Below, piece by piece: positions 42,967-52,794 of a stretch of 64,000 nt of DNA; positions within the stretch are counted from its first letter, which is position 1; every line of letters begins with the position of its first letter. The position numbers and the translations under genes were made by a program. The DNA is from Actinomycetota bacterium (GTDB taxonomy: Bacteria; Actinomycetota; Actinomycetes; S36-B12): positions 273-64,272 of the forward strand of contig WLOY01000003.1 of assembly GCA_009699015.1 (NCBI GenBank), written 5' to 3'. The notes under the pieces were generated by a model. The model was not told the origin of the DNA and made no database searches. It saw nothing but the letters and a program-made list of their open reading frames with translations.

Positions 42967-43019
42967 GGTGTGGCGAGTCTGCCATACGCAGGCTGGGTCT
43001 TCGGGTTCATAATGACAAC

Positions 43020-43760
43020 GTGACGAGAGCCCCTGCCCCGATAAGCCCTGGTGGCGCCGGCAGTGCGGGCAGCAACGGCAGGGGCGATACGGCAGCCGAG
43101 ACGCCCGTGCATCAGGATCCGGATGCGCCGGGCCGTCCTGCACACCGCCCGTCGCGCCGCGCCGAGATCGTCCGCGGAGCCACGACCGCCTTCTCGCGGC
43201 TCACCTATGCGGAGGCGACCGTCGAAGAGGTGGCCGTCGAATGCGGTGTCGCGCCGACCGCCGTCTACTACCACTTTGGCGGCAAGGAGGAGCTGTTCGA
43301 CCAGGCCTTCGCCTCGTGCCTGGAGGGCTTCAGCGCCTCGATCGACCACATTCGCGGCAATGCCGAGACGCTCAACGAGCAGGTACTGCGAGAGGTCATC
43401 TACGCGGGATGGGCCTGGTGGCGAACCCACCCGGTGGAGGCCCGGTTCCTCACGCTGCATCTGGGTGGCGCGACACCGCAGTCGCGCAGGACCTACGAGG
43501 CCTGGCAGGAGCGTCACGCCCAGCGGGCCTTCGACTACCTCGCCGAGAGTGAGCGGCCGCCCCGCAGTTCACGCAAGGCACGGGAGCAGTACGCGTCGAA
43601 GCTCATGGCCTTCAACTTCCTCAACCAGTTGCTCACGACCGCCCAGACCACGTGGATCGACGGCCCGCTGAGCCGGCTGCCGGTGGCGCGGCTCGAGGTC
43701 GCGCTCGCCGACATCCTCGTGCCGGTCATGATGGGAACTGAACAGCCCGCTCCTTCTTGA
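43020..43760 (+). CDS. TetR/AcrR family transcriptional regulator (start uncertain)
   Basis: [48 protein letters not shown] is a TetR HTH. The start is GTG 43020 or GTG 43107. The gene is divergent from the other TetR gene. Confidence 0.7.
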   Translation: MTRAPAPISPGGAGSAGSNGRGDTAAETPVHQDPDAPGRPAHRPSRRAEIVRGATTAFSRLTYAEATVEEVAVECGVAPTAVYYHFGGKEELFDQAFASCLEGFSASIDHIRGNAETLNEQVLREVIYAGWAWWRTHPVEARFLTLHLGGATPQSRRTYEAWQERHAQRAFDYLAESERPPRSSRKAREQYASKLMAFNFLNQLLTTAQTTWIDGPLSRLPVARLEVALADILVPVMMGTEQPAPS

Positions 43761-44943
43761 GCTCCCAGCGGGCGATGGAGCGCAGGTGCACCTCGTCGGG
43801 GCCGTCGAAGATCCGAAGACCTCGGTGCCAGCCGTACATGCGTGCGAGCGGTACGTCATCGCTCACGCCCATCCCGCCGTAGACCTGGATTGCCCGGTCG
43901 ATGACCGCGCACGCCATCCGTGGGGCGATGACCTTGATCGCGGCAATCTCCATGCGGGCAGTCTTGGCGTCACTTTGATCGATCATCCACGCGGCCTTGA
44001 GGGTGAGGAGGCGTGCCTGCTCGATCTCTATGCGGGACTCTGCGATATCGCGCTGAATGGTGCCCTGGTCGGAGAGCGGCCCACCGAACGCGACGCGGCT
44101 CTTGGCTCGGTCGACCATCATCGCCAGGGCTCGCTCGGCGGCACCGATGGCGCGCATGCAGTGGTGGATGCGGCCGGGGCCAAGGCGAGCCTGCGCGATC
44201 ATGAATCCGTCGCCGGCCTCCCCGAGAAGATTCGAGACTGGAACACGGACGTCCTTGAAGAGGATCTCTGCGTGACCGTGCTGGTCATAGTGGCCGAGGA
44301 CGGGAAGCGATCGCTCGATCGTGACGCCGGGGGTGTTCCGTGGGACGAGGACCATCGACTGCCTGCGGTGTGCCGGGCCGTCGGGATCGGTCTTGCCCAT
44401 GACGATGAAGATCTCGCAGCGGGGATCCATGGCGCCGCTCGCCCACCACTTGAGACCATTGATGACCCACTCATCGCCGTCACGCTCGATCGAGCAGGTG
44501 ATATTCGTGGCATCGCTGCTCGCGACCGCGGGCTCGGTCATGACAAACGCCGACCGCATCGTGCCGTCGAGGAGCGGGGCGAGCCAGGTGGCCTTCTGCT
44601 CGGGCGTTCCGAACAGGTGCAGGGTCTCCATGTTGCCCGTATCGGGGGCCTGGCAGTTGATGGCCTCGGGGAGGATGTCCATGCTCCAGCCCGAGATCTC
44701 GGCCAGCGAGGCGTACTCGGTGTTCGTGAGTCCGCTCTCAGCGGGCAGGAACAGGTTCCACAGGCCTCGGGCGCGAGCCTCGACCTTGAGCTCCTCGACG
44801 ATGGGGGGAAGGGTGGAGTCATCGGGCCCGACGGCCGTTCGGTAGCGGTCGTACTCCTTCTCCGACGGCAGCACGCGAGTGTTGAGGAAGTCCCACATGT
44901 TCTCTGAGAGTTCCTGGGCCCTTGGGCTCAGCTGGAAGTCCAT
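43726..44943 (-). CDS. Acyl-CoA dehydrogenase
   Basis: 405 aa. [19 protein letters not shown]..., [15 protein letters not shown], and IFDGPDEVH near the C-terminus (ACAD10/11-like type). Confidence 0.9.
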   Translation of the reverse strand: MDFQLSPRAQELSENMWDFLNTRVLPSEKEYDRYRTAVGPDDSTLPPIVEELKVEARARGLWNLFLPAESGLTNTEYASLAEISGWSMDILPEAINCQAPDTGNMETLHLFGTPEQKATWLAPLLDGTMRSAFVMTEPAVASSDATNITCSIERDGDEWVINGLKWWASGAMDPRCEIFIVMGKTDPDGPAHRRQSMVLVPRNTPGVTIERSLPVLGHYDQHGHAEILFKDVRVPVSNLLGEAGDGFMIAQARLGPGRIHHCMRAIGAAERALAMMVDRAKSRVAFGGPLSDQGTIQRDIAESRIEIEQARLLTLKAAWMIDQSDAKTARMEIAAIKVIAPRMACAVIDRAIQVYGGMGVSDDVPLARMYGWHRGLRIFDGPDEVHLRSIARWELKKERAVQFPS

Positions 44944-45096
44944 CGTTGCTCCGATTCCGGGTCGAGGTTGTGCGCCTGACTTGGGCGATCCTAGTCAGGA
45001 GTTGGGGTTACTTGACTCCTTCTCCACTAACGAGCAGTATCCTGCGTGCGAGGCGCGCTCGCACGTCAGGCGGGCCGGCAACTGAGGTAATCGTGC

Positions 45097-46704
45097 ATGC
45101 GAATCATCGGGCCTGAGCCCCTAACCGTGAGGACCAAGGTGTCGTCCCTGCCGCTTGGACCGATTGCCGATCGAGCAGCGGAGCAGCCTTCCGCGGTCGC
45201 ACTCGTCGACGATCTCGCCGTTCGAACGTGGTCGCAGGTCGAGGCTGAGCTCCGCAGCGCATCGGCGGCAATGCTTTCCGTTGCCCCGGATCCAGACTCG
45301 CGCTGGGGGGTCCTCGGAGACAATGCCGCCCCCACTCTCCTCGCGCATGCTGCGGGCCTTCTCGCTGGCGTGGGCACGGTTGCGATCTCGCGCCAGCTGA
45401 CCCTCAGGGAACTCGCGGACCAGGTCGAGGACGCTGGCATCGTGGGACTCGTCACCGGCCCCGGGGGCGCCGCGGTCGCGATCGAGGCGCTCGATGCCGG
45501 GCTCGTCGACGCGGTGGTCGTGCACTCATGCGATGTCCCGACCGGTGCGCCCGGAGGAGCCGTGTCGTGGGATGCGTGGATCGCAGCGGCGCCGAAGGCC
45601 GAAGACTTCCCCGTACGCCCGCCTAGGCCGGTCATGGTCTACACCTCGGGCACGACGGGCCGGGCACGCGGAACCGAGACCCGGTGGGTGCTGGCACCCG
45701 TCGAGACGAGCGGTGACTACCTGCGGGTCCTGCGCGAGCGCGCGCAGTTCCCCGCCGGTCCCCACATCGTCGTTGGGCCGCTGCAGCACAACGGGCCGCT
45801 GGCTGCCGTCCGGCACCTCCTCCTCGGCGAGGCGGTCATCGTCATGGGCCGGTTCGATGCGGCGCGCACCCTCGCGCTCATCGAGGAGTACGAAGTCCGC
45901 TCCTCGGTGATGGTCCCGACGCATTTTCAGCGGATGCTCGCGCTCGACCCTCAGGTGCGGGCACGCTACGACCTCGGCTCCGTCACGATGATCGCCCACA
46001 CCGGCTCGGCCTGCCCGCCCGACGTCAAGCGCGGGATGATCGACTGGTTCGGCCCGGTGTTCACCGAGTCCTACGGCGGCAGCGAGTCCGGGACCCTCTG
46101 CCGCATCAACTCGACGCAGTGGCTTGCCCACCCCGGATCGGTCGGCAGGGTCGTCGAGCCCTACCGGATCCTCGTGCTCGATGAGCTCGGGGCCGAGTTG
46201 CCTGCGGGGGAGCAGGGCCTCCTCGCATTCGAGGCCCCCGAGGGCCACGGGATTCGATACCACCGCGACGAGGAGAAGACGGCGAAGGCCTACGTCAGGC
46301 CGGGAGTGTTCACGCTCGGCGATGTCGGACACGTCGATGAGGATGGCTTCATCTTCGTGACCGACCGGGTCTCCGACATGGTCGTCTCGGGCGGCGTCAA
46401 CCTGTACCCGTCCGAGAGCGAGCAGGTACTCCTCGAGCATCCCGCCGTGCAAGACGTCGCCGTCATCGGGGTTCCGCACCCCGACCTCGGCGAGCAGTTG
46501 CTCGCGCTCGTCGTACCGGTGGATCCGAGTGCGCCGCCGACCCTTGCCGAGCTCGACGCGTGGTGCCGCGAGCGGCTCGGCGCCTACAAGATTCCGCGAC
46601 TCGTCGAGTTCATCGAGGTGCTGCCCCGAAACGAGATGCAGAAGGTCGACAAGAAAGCCCTCCGCAAGCCCTACTGGGGCGAGGGGCGCACGATCGGCGG
46701 CTAG
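45097..46704 (+). CDS. AMP-dependent acyl-CoA synthetase/ligase (ANL family)
   Basis: 535 aa. AMP-binding core VYTSGTTGRARG, GDVGHVDEDGFIFVTDRVSDMVVSGGVNLYP, and the terminal lysine region ...NEMQKVDKKALR. Confidence 0.85.
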   Translation: MRIIGPEPLTVRTKVSSLPLGPIADRAAEQPSAVALVDDLAVRTWSQVEAELRSASAAMLSVAPDPDSRWGVLGDNAAPTLLAHAAGLLAGVGTVAISRQLTLRELADQVEDAGIVGLVTGPGGAAVAIEALDAGLVDAVVVHSCDVPTGAPGGAVSWDAWIAAAPKAEDFPVRPPRPVMVYTSGTTGRARGTETRWVLAPVETSGDYLRVLRERAQFPAGPHIVVGPLQHNGPLAAVRHLLLGEAVIVMGRFDAARTLALIEEYEVRSSVMVPTHFQRMLALDPQVRARYDLGSVTMIAHTGSACPPDVKRGMIDWFGPVFTESYGGSESGTLCRINSTQWLAHPGSVGRVVEPYRILVLDELGAELPAGEQGLLAFEAPEGHGIRYHRDEEKTAKAYVRPGVFTLGDVGHVDEDGFIFVTDRVSDMVVSGGVNLYPSESEQVLLEHPAVQDVAVIGVPHPDLGEQLLALVVPVDPSAPPTLAELDAWCRERLGAYKIPRLVEFIEVLPRNEMQKVDKKALRKPYWGEGRTIGG

Positions 46705-46767
46705 CCGCCGATCCATCCACGAAATCCACCGTTCATTGAAAAGACCAACCCCACGAAGGAGAAGAGC

Positions 46768-47544
46768 ATGCTCAAGGGCATTGCAGGTCGCACGGCAATC
46801 GTGACCGGCGCGGCCGGCGGAATCGGTTCGGCGACCTGCCGGCGGCTGCACGCCGAGGGAGCCAATGTCGTCGCAGTCGATATCGACGGCGCAGGGCTTG
46901 ACGCCCTCGCAGCAGAACTCGGCGACCGTCTCGTCGCCGTGCGCGCTGATGTCTCCGACCCTGCCGCGACGGAGGCCTTCTTCGCGACCGCGGTCGATAG
47001 GTTCGGGTCGGTCGACATGTTCCACGCCAATGCCGGCGTCGAGTCGAAGGTCAACCCGATCGCTTCGTTCGACCTCGCCGACTTCGAGAAGGTCATGGCG
47101 GTCAACGTGCGCAGCGCCTTCCTCGGATCAGCCGCCGCCGTGCGCCAGATGATGACCCAGCCGAGCGCGGGCAAGATCGTCTTCACCGCCTCCATCGCCG
47201 GGCTCAAGAGCGACGCCGGAGTTTCGGTGTACAACGCCAGCAAGCACGCGGTCATCGGACTGGCGCGCTCGCTCATGAAGGAGACCGGCGCGCTCGGGAT
47301 CCGCGTGAATGTCGTGGCGCCCGGCGTCGTCGACACCCGCATGATGAAGCCGCTCGAGGACGGGCTCGGGGCACTTGCCGGCATCGATGGCGCCACCCTC
47401 AAGGCCGCGCTCCTCGCCGGGATCCCGCTGGGCCGCTACGCCGAGTCCGATGAGATCGCTGCGACGGTGGCCTGGCTGCTGAGCGACGAGGTGCCCTACA
47501 TGCACGGTGAGGTCGTCACCGTCGGTGGTGGTCTCTACCCGTGA
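46768..47544 (+). CDS. SDR family oxidoreductase
   Basis: AIVTGAAGGIGSAT, YNASKHAVIGLARSL. GAAGGAGA RBS upstream. Confidence 0.85.
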   Translation: MLKGIAGRTAIVTGAAGGIGSATCRRLHAEGANVVAVDIDGAGLDALAAELGDRLVAVRADVSDPAATEAFFATAVDRFGSVDMFHANAGVESKVNPIASFDLADFEKVMAVNVRSAFLGSAAAVRQMMTQPSAGKIVFTASIAGLKSDAGVSVYNASKHAVIGLARSLMKETGALGIRVNVVAPGVVDTRMMKPLEDGLGALAGIDGATLKAALLAGIPLGRYAESDEIAATVAWLLSDEVPYMHGEVVTVGGGLYP

Positions 47545-48455
47545 CGAGAATCGGGCTCAGCCTCCCACAGCTCGGCGGCCACGTCTCGAGGGACGTCGTC
47601 CGCGGGTTTGCCGAACGGGCTGAGGAGCTCGGGTTCGGATCGCTCTTCGTCCAGCAGCACCTGTTCTATCCGCTTCACCCGGCGTCGGGCTACTCAGCCC
47701 GGCCCGGGCTTGCCGTGCCCGAGGCGTACCGATCGATCCTCCAGCCGATGGAGCTCCTGGCCGCCGTCGCCGCATGGACATCGACCATCACGATCGGCAC
47801 GAGCATCCTCGTCGCGGGCTACCACCGGCCCGTCGACCTCGCTCAGCGGATCTCGACCCTCGACATCCTCGCCGGCGGACGCACCGTGTTCGGGTTCTCC
47901 GTCGGCTGGTCCGACGAGGAGCACGCGCAGTACGACGTCGATCCGCGCACCCGCGGCAGGAGGGCAGATGAGCTCGTCGATGCGCTGCTCGCGTGCTGGG
48001 GGAGTGACCCGGTCTCGTACGAGGGGGAGTTCTTCTCGATCCCCGAGTCGGACGTCCGGCCCAAGCCGCTCCAGAGCCCGCATCCGCCGCTGATGTCGGG
48101 CATGCGCTCGGCCGCAGGACTCAAGCGCACGGCCGAGAAGTTCGATGTCTGGAACCCGGCCTCTGGCACGCTCGAGCAGCACCTGGAGACCTTCGCCCAG
48201 CTCGGCACGATGCGGCCGGCGAACCGGGCACCCCTGTCCATGTGCTGGAACCTGTTCACCCATCCACCGGTTGAGGTCGCCAACCTCAGGCCGCTCAGCG
48301 TCGACGAGCTCTGCACCGAGGTCGCCGCGGCGGCCGCGGCGGGGGTCGACGCGGTCTCGGTCGACGCGAACTTCGATCCGTCGATCCTCTCGGAGGACGA
48401 TTGGCTGACGGTTCCCGACCGGCTCGCGCCGCTGCTCGACGCCGCGCGCAGGTAG
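47541..48455 (+). CDS. LLM-class (luciferase-like) flavin/F420-dependent oxidoreductase
   Basis: 304 aa. ...AEELGFGSLFVQQHLFYP..., LDILAGGRTVFGFSVGW..., with a 4-nt overlap with the upstream SDR stop. Confidence 0.8.
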   Translation: MTRIGLSLPQLGGHVSRDVVRGFAERAEELGFGSLFVQQHLFYPLHPASGYSARPGLAVPEAYRSILQPMELLAAVAAWTSTITIGTSILVAGYHRPVDLAQRISTLDILAGGRTVFGFSVGWSDEEHAQYDVDPRTRGRRADELVDALLACWGSDPVSYEGEFFSIPESDVRPKPLQSPHPPLMSGMRSAAGLKRTAEKFDVWNPASGTLEQHLETFAQLGTMRPANRAPLSMCWNLFTHPPVEVANLRPLSVDELCTEVAAAAAAGVDAVSVDANFDPSILSEDDWLTVPDRLAPLLDAARR

Positions 48456-48473
48456 TCCTGAGTCCGGCGGTCC

Positions 48474-48935
48474 TCAGTCCGCCCAGCCGGTGCGGCTGTC
48501 GGCGTGGGCATCGACGGTGATCGCCTTCTCGGCGATGACGCCGATGCCATCGTGCACGATGACCCGGTCGACGTAGCCGCCCCAGCCGACGATGGACGTC
48601 GCATCGCCGGCGAAGGTGTAGAGGAACGACGAGCGCATGAGCGCCTCGCCGGGGGCGAGCCAAGTGACCTGCTGGTTGACGATGAAGTGCCGGCGGGCGA
48701 GGGGCGCGGCGAGCGCCTCCCGGTAGTACTCGACGATCTCCTCGCGGGAGTGACGGGTACCGCGCCGGGTGGTGAGGGACGCATCCGGGGCGAAGACCGC
48801 GGCGAGCATCTCGAAGTCCGGGGTGTCGATCGCCTGCGCATACCGGTAGGCGGCGGCGCGCGCGGCGTCCGTCGTTTCGAGTCGTTCGAGCCTTTCGAGG
48901 ATCGAGGTCAGGGCCGAAGCCGAGTCGTCGCTCAT
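48474..48935 (-). CDS. SnoaL-like / NTF2-fold protein
   Basis: 153 aa from ATG 48935. LERLETTDAARAAAYRYAQAIDTPDFEMLAAVFAPDASL... is the typical SnoaL_4-type N-terminus. ATGA overlap with the ferredoxin gene. Confidence 0.7.
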   Translation of the reverse strand: MSDDSASALTSILERLERLETTDAARAAAYRYAQAIDTPDFEMLAAVFAPDASLTTRRGTRHSREEIVEYYREALAAPLARRHFIVNQQVTWLAPGEALMRSSFLYTFAGDATSIVGWGGYVDRVIVHDGIGVIAEKAITVDAHADSRTGWAD

Positions 48936-49249
48936 TGGCTGCCGTCCTCGACCGCGTGAACGCCCCGCTTCTTCAGGCTGACCGGGCCGGTGACCGTGAG
49001 CCGGCAGGCCAGGCGCCGCTTTCCGTCGAGGGGAACGAGGGTCCGCGCGAGCGTCTCGCGCTCGTCGGCCGGCATCTCGCCGCAGTTCTCGAGGCCGTCC
49101 TCGACGACGCTCACGCAGGTGCCGCATGATGCGGACGCATCGCAGACGGTGGGCCAGACGAATCCGGCGCCGCGCGCGGCAGTCATCACGGTCTCGCCGA
49201 CAGCGACCTCAAGGTCAATCCCGATCGGGTCCACGTGCACGACGCTCAT
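48932..49249 (-). CDS. 2Fe-2S ferredoxin
   Basis: 105 aa. The cysteine pattern C-x5-C-x2-C ... C (VCDASASCGTCVSVV ... RLACRL) fits a plant/adrenodoxin-type [2Fe-2S] ferredoxin. Confidence 0.8.
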   Translation of the reverse strand: MSVVHVDPIGIDLEVAVGETVMTAARGAGFVWPTVCDASASCGTCVSVVEDGLENCGEMPADERETLARTLVPLDGKRRLACRLTVTGPVSLKKRGVHAVEDGSQ

Positions 49250-49428
49250 GTCATCTCCAGTCGACTGTCTGGTCGTCCGTTGGGGTCCGGATGGGACCGT
49301 ACCAGCGGAATATGTACTTACCGTAGTCTGATGCTAGTAACATGCCCCCGTCACGGCACTGCCTTACCCGCATCCAGCGTGGCACCCCCGAGCGACGCAC
49401 TGCGCCGCACTGAGCGAAGAGGTATGAC

Positions 49429-50193
49429 ATGGATCTAGGACTGAGCGGCAAGCGAGCCCTCGTCACCGGTGGTACCCGAGGGATCGGCCGGGCAACCGTC
49501 GAGCTCCTCGCCGCGGAGGGCGCCTCGGTCGCCTTCTGCGCGCGCAATGCCGAGTCAGTCGAGGAGGTGGCGGCCGATCTTCGCAGCCGCGGCGCGACGG
49601 TCTTCGCCCGCGCTTTCGACGTGAGCGATGAGGACGCCCTCAAGGGGTTCATCCGAGATGCTGCCGCAGAGTTCGGCGGCCTCGACATCCTCGTCTCGAA
49701 CGTGACCGCCGGATCGCTCAAGGGCCCGGAGCAGTGGGCGAACTCGCTGAGCCTTGATCTCATGCCCCTCGTCCACGCCATCGACGAGGTGACCCCGATC
49801 ATGGAGGCGGCAGGCGGCGGATCGATCGTGGCCCTCTCCTCTACGTTCGGCTTCGACAACGTATGGCCGAGCTCGCCCAACTCCTACGGCGCATTCAAGG
49901 CCGCCATCATCCGTCACGCCTCTGCGGCAGGCCATGCCCTCGCCCCCAAGGGCATCAGGGTGAACACCGTCTCACCGGGTCCCACCTACTCCGAGGATGG
50001 CGACTGGGGCAAGATCAAGGCCGGCCGGCCCGAGGTCTACGAGAAGGTCAAGGACTCGATCCCGATCGGCCGGATGGGCGAGCCCAAGGAGGTCGCGTCG
50101 GCGATCGTCTACCTCGCAAGCCCGGCCTCGGGTTTCTGCGTCGGCACGAACATCGTGTGCGATGGCGGCATGACCGTCCGCACCCAGTTCTGA
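49429..50193 (+). CDS. SDR family oxidoreductase
   Basis: ALVTGGTRGIGRAT, YGAFKAAIIRHASAAGHAL. Confidence 0.85.
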   Translation: MDLGLSGKRALVTGGTRGIGRATVELLAAEGASVAFCARNAESVEEVAADLRSRGATVFARAFDVSDEDALKGFIRDAAAEFGGLDILVSNVTAGSLKGPEQWANSLSLDLMPLVHAIDEVTPIMEAAGGGSIVALSSTFGFDNVWPSSPNSYGAFKAAIIRHASAAGHALAPKGIRVNTVSPGPTYSEDGDWGKIKAGRPEVYEKVKDSIPIGRMGEPKEVASAIVYLASPASGFCVGTNIVCDGGMTVRTQF

Positions 50194-50228
50194 CCGACAC
50201 CAGGCCTCGAGCGATCGCGCCTCAGACG

Positions 50229-51053
50229 ATGGGAACCCCGGCTCGCTGCACAGCGGGCCGGGTGAACGTCGCCCTCGTCTGCGGCGGCCGCTGGCATGAC
50301 TTCGACTATGCGCGGCTGCAGATCCTTCAACTGCTCGGGCGGCATGACAGCGTGCGCTGCAGCGTCCACCCGGACTTCTCGGATATTGCGGCGCTCGCTG
50401 CGGCAGACGCCGTCGTCGCCTACACGTGCGATGTGCGGCCCGGAAGGGAGCAGGCCCTCGCCCTCCGTGACCGAGTTCGCGCGGGCGGCAGGCTGCTTGC
50501 CCTGCATGCGACGAACTCCGCGATTGATGCCCCCGTCCCGGGCGCCGAGCGGGTGTTTCGCACCCCGGACGCCATGCCGGAGTTCAGCGCACTGCTGGGC
50601 AACAGGTTCCTCGCGCATCCCAGGATCTCAGCCATGCGCATCGACATCGCCCAGCCGGACCACCCGCTTGCGTCCGGCATCGCGGCCTTCGTCACGACTG
50701 ACGAGATCTACGTGTCCGAGCTCGCCGGTGATCTCGAGGTGATCATGGACGCCTCGTACGACGGGCCATGTCCGGGCTTCATGACCCAGCAGGTGCCGGG
50801 TCGCACGCGGCATCCGGTGCTGTTCAGCCGGCCGGAGGGCAGGGGATCGGTGGTGTCGTTCACCCTCGGGCACTGCCGCGGGCGCTTCGATGTCGCAGAC
50901 CAGGGCATTGATGATCTCGGGGGGACCGACACGATCGCGTGGGAGTCACCGGAGTTCAATGAGGTCCTGCGACGCTCCGTCGACTGGGCCGTACACGGGG
51001 ATGATTGGGCGAAGTGTCCTGCGGGGCATGAACACACGAAGGAGCTGCCATGA
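50229..51053 (+). CDS. ThuA-domain (class-I glutamine-amidotransferase-like fold) protein
   Basis: 274 aa from ATG 50229. VALVCGGRWHDFDY..., GGRLLALHATNSA..., FLAHP..., DHPLASGI..., TDEIYVSE match the ThuA family layout. The upstream part of ORF 49863 overlaps the SDR and is discarded. Confidence 0.7.
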   Translation: MGTPARCTAGRVNVALVCGGRWHDFDYARLQILQLLGRHDSVRCSVHPDFSDIAALAAADAVVAYTCDVRPGREQALALRDRVRAGGRLLALHATNSAIDAPVPGAERVFRTPDAMPEFSALLGNRFLAHPRISAMRIDIAQPDHPLASGIAAFVTTDEIYVSELAGDLEVIMDASYDGPCPGFMTQQVPGRTRHPVLFSRPEGRGSVVSFTLGHCRGRFDVADQGIDDLGGTDTIAWESPEFNEVLRRSVDWAVHGDDWAKCPAGHEHTKELP

Positions 51054-51808
51054 GCGGACTGGGCACCGCGGTCGTCACGGGCGCGGCGCAGGGTATCGGG
51101 CGAGCGGTTGCCGAACGGCTGCTGGCCGACGGATACGAAGTGCTGGCGGTCGATGTCAACGCCGACCAGGTCGCGCATGCCGCGGCCGAGCTCGGCTGCC
51201 GGGGCGTGGCGCTCGACGTCACGAATGACGAGCAGGTGGCGAGCCTTGCCGCGCTGGCTCCTGAATGCACGGCTCTGGTGAACAATGCGGCGATCCAGCG
51301 CTATCAGGACCTGCTGCACACGACCCATGACGAGATGCGGCTCATCCTCGACGTCAACGTGATCGCCCCCGTGCTCGCCGCCCAGGCACTCGTGCCGGTG
51401 ATGAGCCGAAACGGCGGCGGCAGCATCGTCAACCTGTCGTCGATCACCTCGAAGGCCCACCCGGCATCGACCTCGCTATACCCGACATCGAAGGCCGCCA
51501 TCAACCAGCTGACCCAGGCGATGGCACTGGAGTTCGGGTCCCACGGCGTGCGCTGCAATGCGGTGGGCCCGGGCACGGTGCTCACCGAGGGCACGGCCGA
51601 GCACTATGGCGCTGAGGCCGCCCAGGCGCTCATCGCCGGCTGCCTGCCGATCTCGCGCATGGGGATGCCCCAGGACATTGCCAATGCCATCAGCTGGTTC
51701 TGCTCGCCGGAGGCCTCGTGGGTCACCGGCCAGGTGCTCTTCGTCGATGGCGGCTACATGTCATCGCACGGCCAATTCTTCCGCTGGGCCCGAAAGGCGC
51801 CGAAATGA
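51050..51808 (+). CDS. SDR family oxidoreductase
   Basis: AVVTGAAQGIGRAV, YPTSKAAINQLTQAMALE. ATGA overlaps at both ends. Confidence 0.85.
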   Translation: MSGLGTAVVTGAAQGIGRAVAERLLADGYEVLAVDVNADQVAHAAAELGCRGVALDVTNDEQVASLAALAPECTALVNNAAIQRYQDLLHTTHDEMRLILDVNVIAPVLAAQALVPVMSRNGGGSIVNLSSITSKAHPASTSLYPTSKAAINQLTQAMALEFGSHGVRCNAVGPGTVLTEGTAEHYGAEAAQALIAGCLPISRMGMPQDIANAISWFCSPEASWVTGQVLFVDGGYMSSHGQFFRWARKAPK

Positions 51809-52794
51809 GCGCGCGCCCGGGAGGCGTCAAGCCCTTCCGCTTCGCCATCCAGGCCTACCGCAGCGAATCGCGCAGGGAGTGGTGCGATCTCGCCCGCAAG
51901 GTCGAGTCCCTCGGCTACTCGACCCTATTCCTCGCCGATCACTACCTCGGTCCCGGCGAGCTGATCGAGCCGACCGGCCACCGGGTGCAGACCCTCGCCT
52001 CGATCCCGGCGATGGCCGCGGCCGCGGTCGTCACCGACACGCTCCGCATCGGATCGCGCATGACCTGCGTGAGCTACCACCTGCCGACCGTCCTGGTGAA
52101 GGAGATGGCGTCGATCGACGTGCTCTCCGAGGGCCGCCTGGAGATCGGGCTCGGGGCCGGCTGGCTCGCGAACGAGTATGAGGCGCTCGGCATCCCATTC
52201 GAGGGAGCCGGACGCCGCATCGAACTGCTGCGCGAGACGACGGAGCTCATGATCGCGGCCTACTCGGGCGAGCCGGTCGACTACCGCGGTCAGCAGGTCA
52301 CCTCGCATGGCTACACGGCGGTCCCGGCCACGATCCAGCAGCCTCACCCGCCGATCATGATCGGCGGTGGCGCGCCGAAGGTTCTCGGTCTCGCCGGTGA
52401 GCTCGCCGACATCGTGAGCATCAACTTCAACAACAGTGCCGGTGTCGTCGGCAGCTTGAGCATCGCGAGCTCGACGGCCGAGGAGACCGACAAGAAGATC
52501 GCCTGGGTGCGCGAGGGAGCAGGCGACCGGTTCGACTCGATCGAGCTCGAGACGGCGTGCTACTTCGTGGCGGTCGATGGGGTCTCAGAGATAACCGCCG
52601 AGTCGCTCATGGCCCGTACGAACCAGACGAGGGAGGAGCTCGTCGACTTCCCTCATGCAGCGGTCGGCAGCGTCGCCGAGATCTGCGAGGCCCTCATCCG
52701 CAGGCGCGACCGCTACGGCTTCTCCTACATCACCGTCGGTGATGCCAATATCGACGCATTCGCGCCGGTCGTCGCGCAACTCACCGGAAAGTGA
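51805..52794 (+). CDS. LLM-class F420-dependent oxidoreductase (MSMEG_2516-like subfamily by N-terminal pattern)
   Basis: 329 aa from ATG 51805. KPFRFAIQAYRSESRREWCDLARKVESLGYSTLFLADHYLG..., LEIGLGAGWLANEY. Confidence 0.8.
   Translation: MSARPGGVKPFRFAIQAYRSESRREWCDLARKVESLGYSTLFLADHYLGPGELIEPTGHRVQTLASIPAMAAAAVVTDTLRIGSRMTCVSYHLPTVLVKEMASIDVLSEGRLEIGLGAGWLANEYEALGIPFEGAGRRIELLRETTELMIAAYSGEPVDYRGQQVTSHGYTAVPATIQQPHPPIMIGGGAPKVLGLAGELADIVSINFNNSAGVVGSLSIASSTAEETDKKIAWVREGAGDRFDSIELETACYFVAVDGVSEITAESLMARTNQTREELVDFPHAAVGSVAEICEALIRRRDRYGFSYITVGDANIDAFAPVVAQLTGK

Noticed and set aside
48453-48480. Near-identical 12-bp direct repeat GTCCTGAGTCCG / GTCCTCAGTCCG spanning both stop codons of the convergent LLM and SnoaL-like genes.
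   Set aside because: It is only two copies, each 12 nt long, with one mismatch. That could plausibly be chance in GC-rich DNA, and it has no supporting context.
49863-50228. N-terminal 122-aa extension of the ThuA-like ORF. Similar upstream extensions occur in ORFs 36789, 40845-41981, 42367-43143, 22108, 25134 and 51718.
   Set aside because: The extensions overlap neighbouring genes or are Arg/Pro-rich and non-coding in appearance. Internal starts with RBS-like purine tracts, or ATGA/GTGA coupling, give proteins of canonical length.
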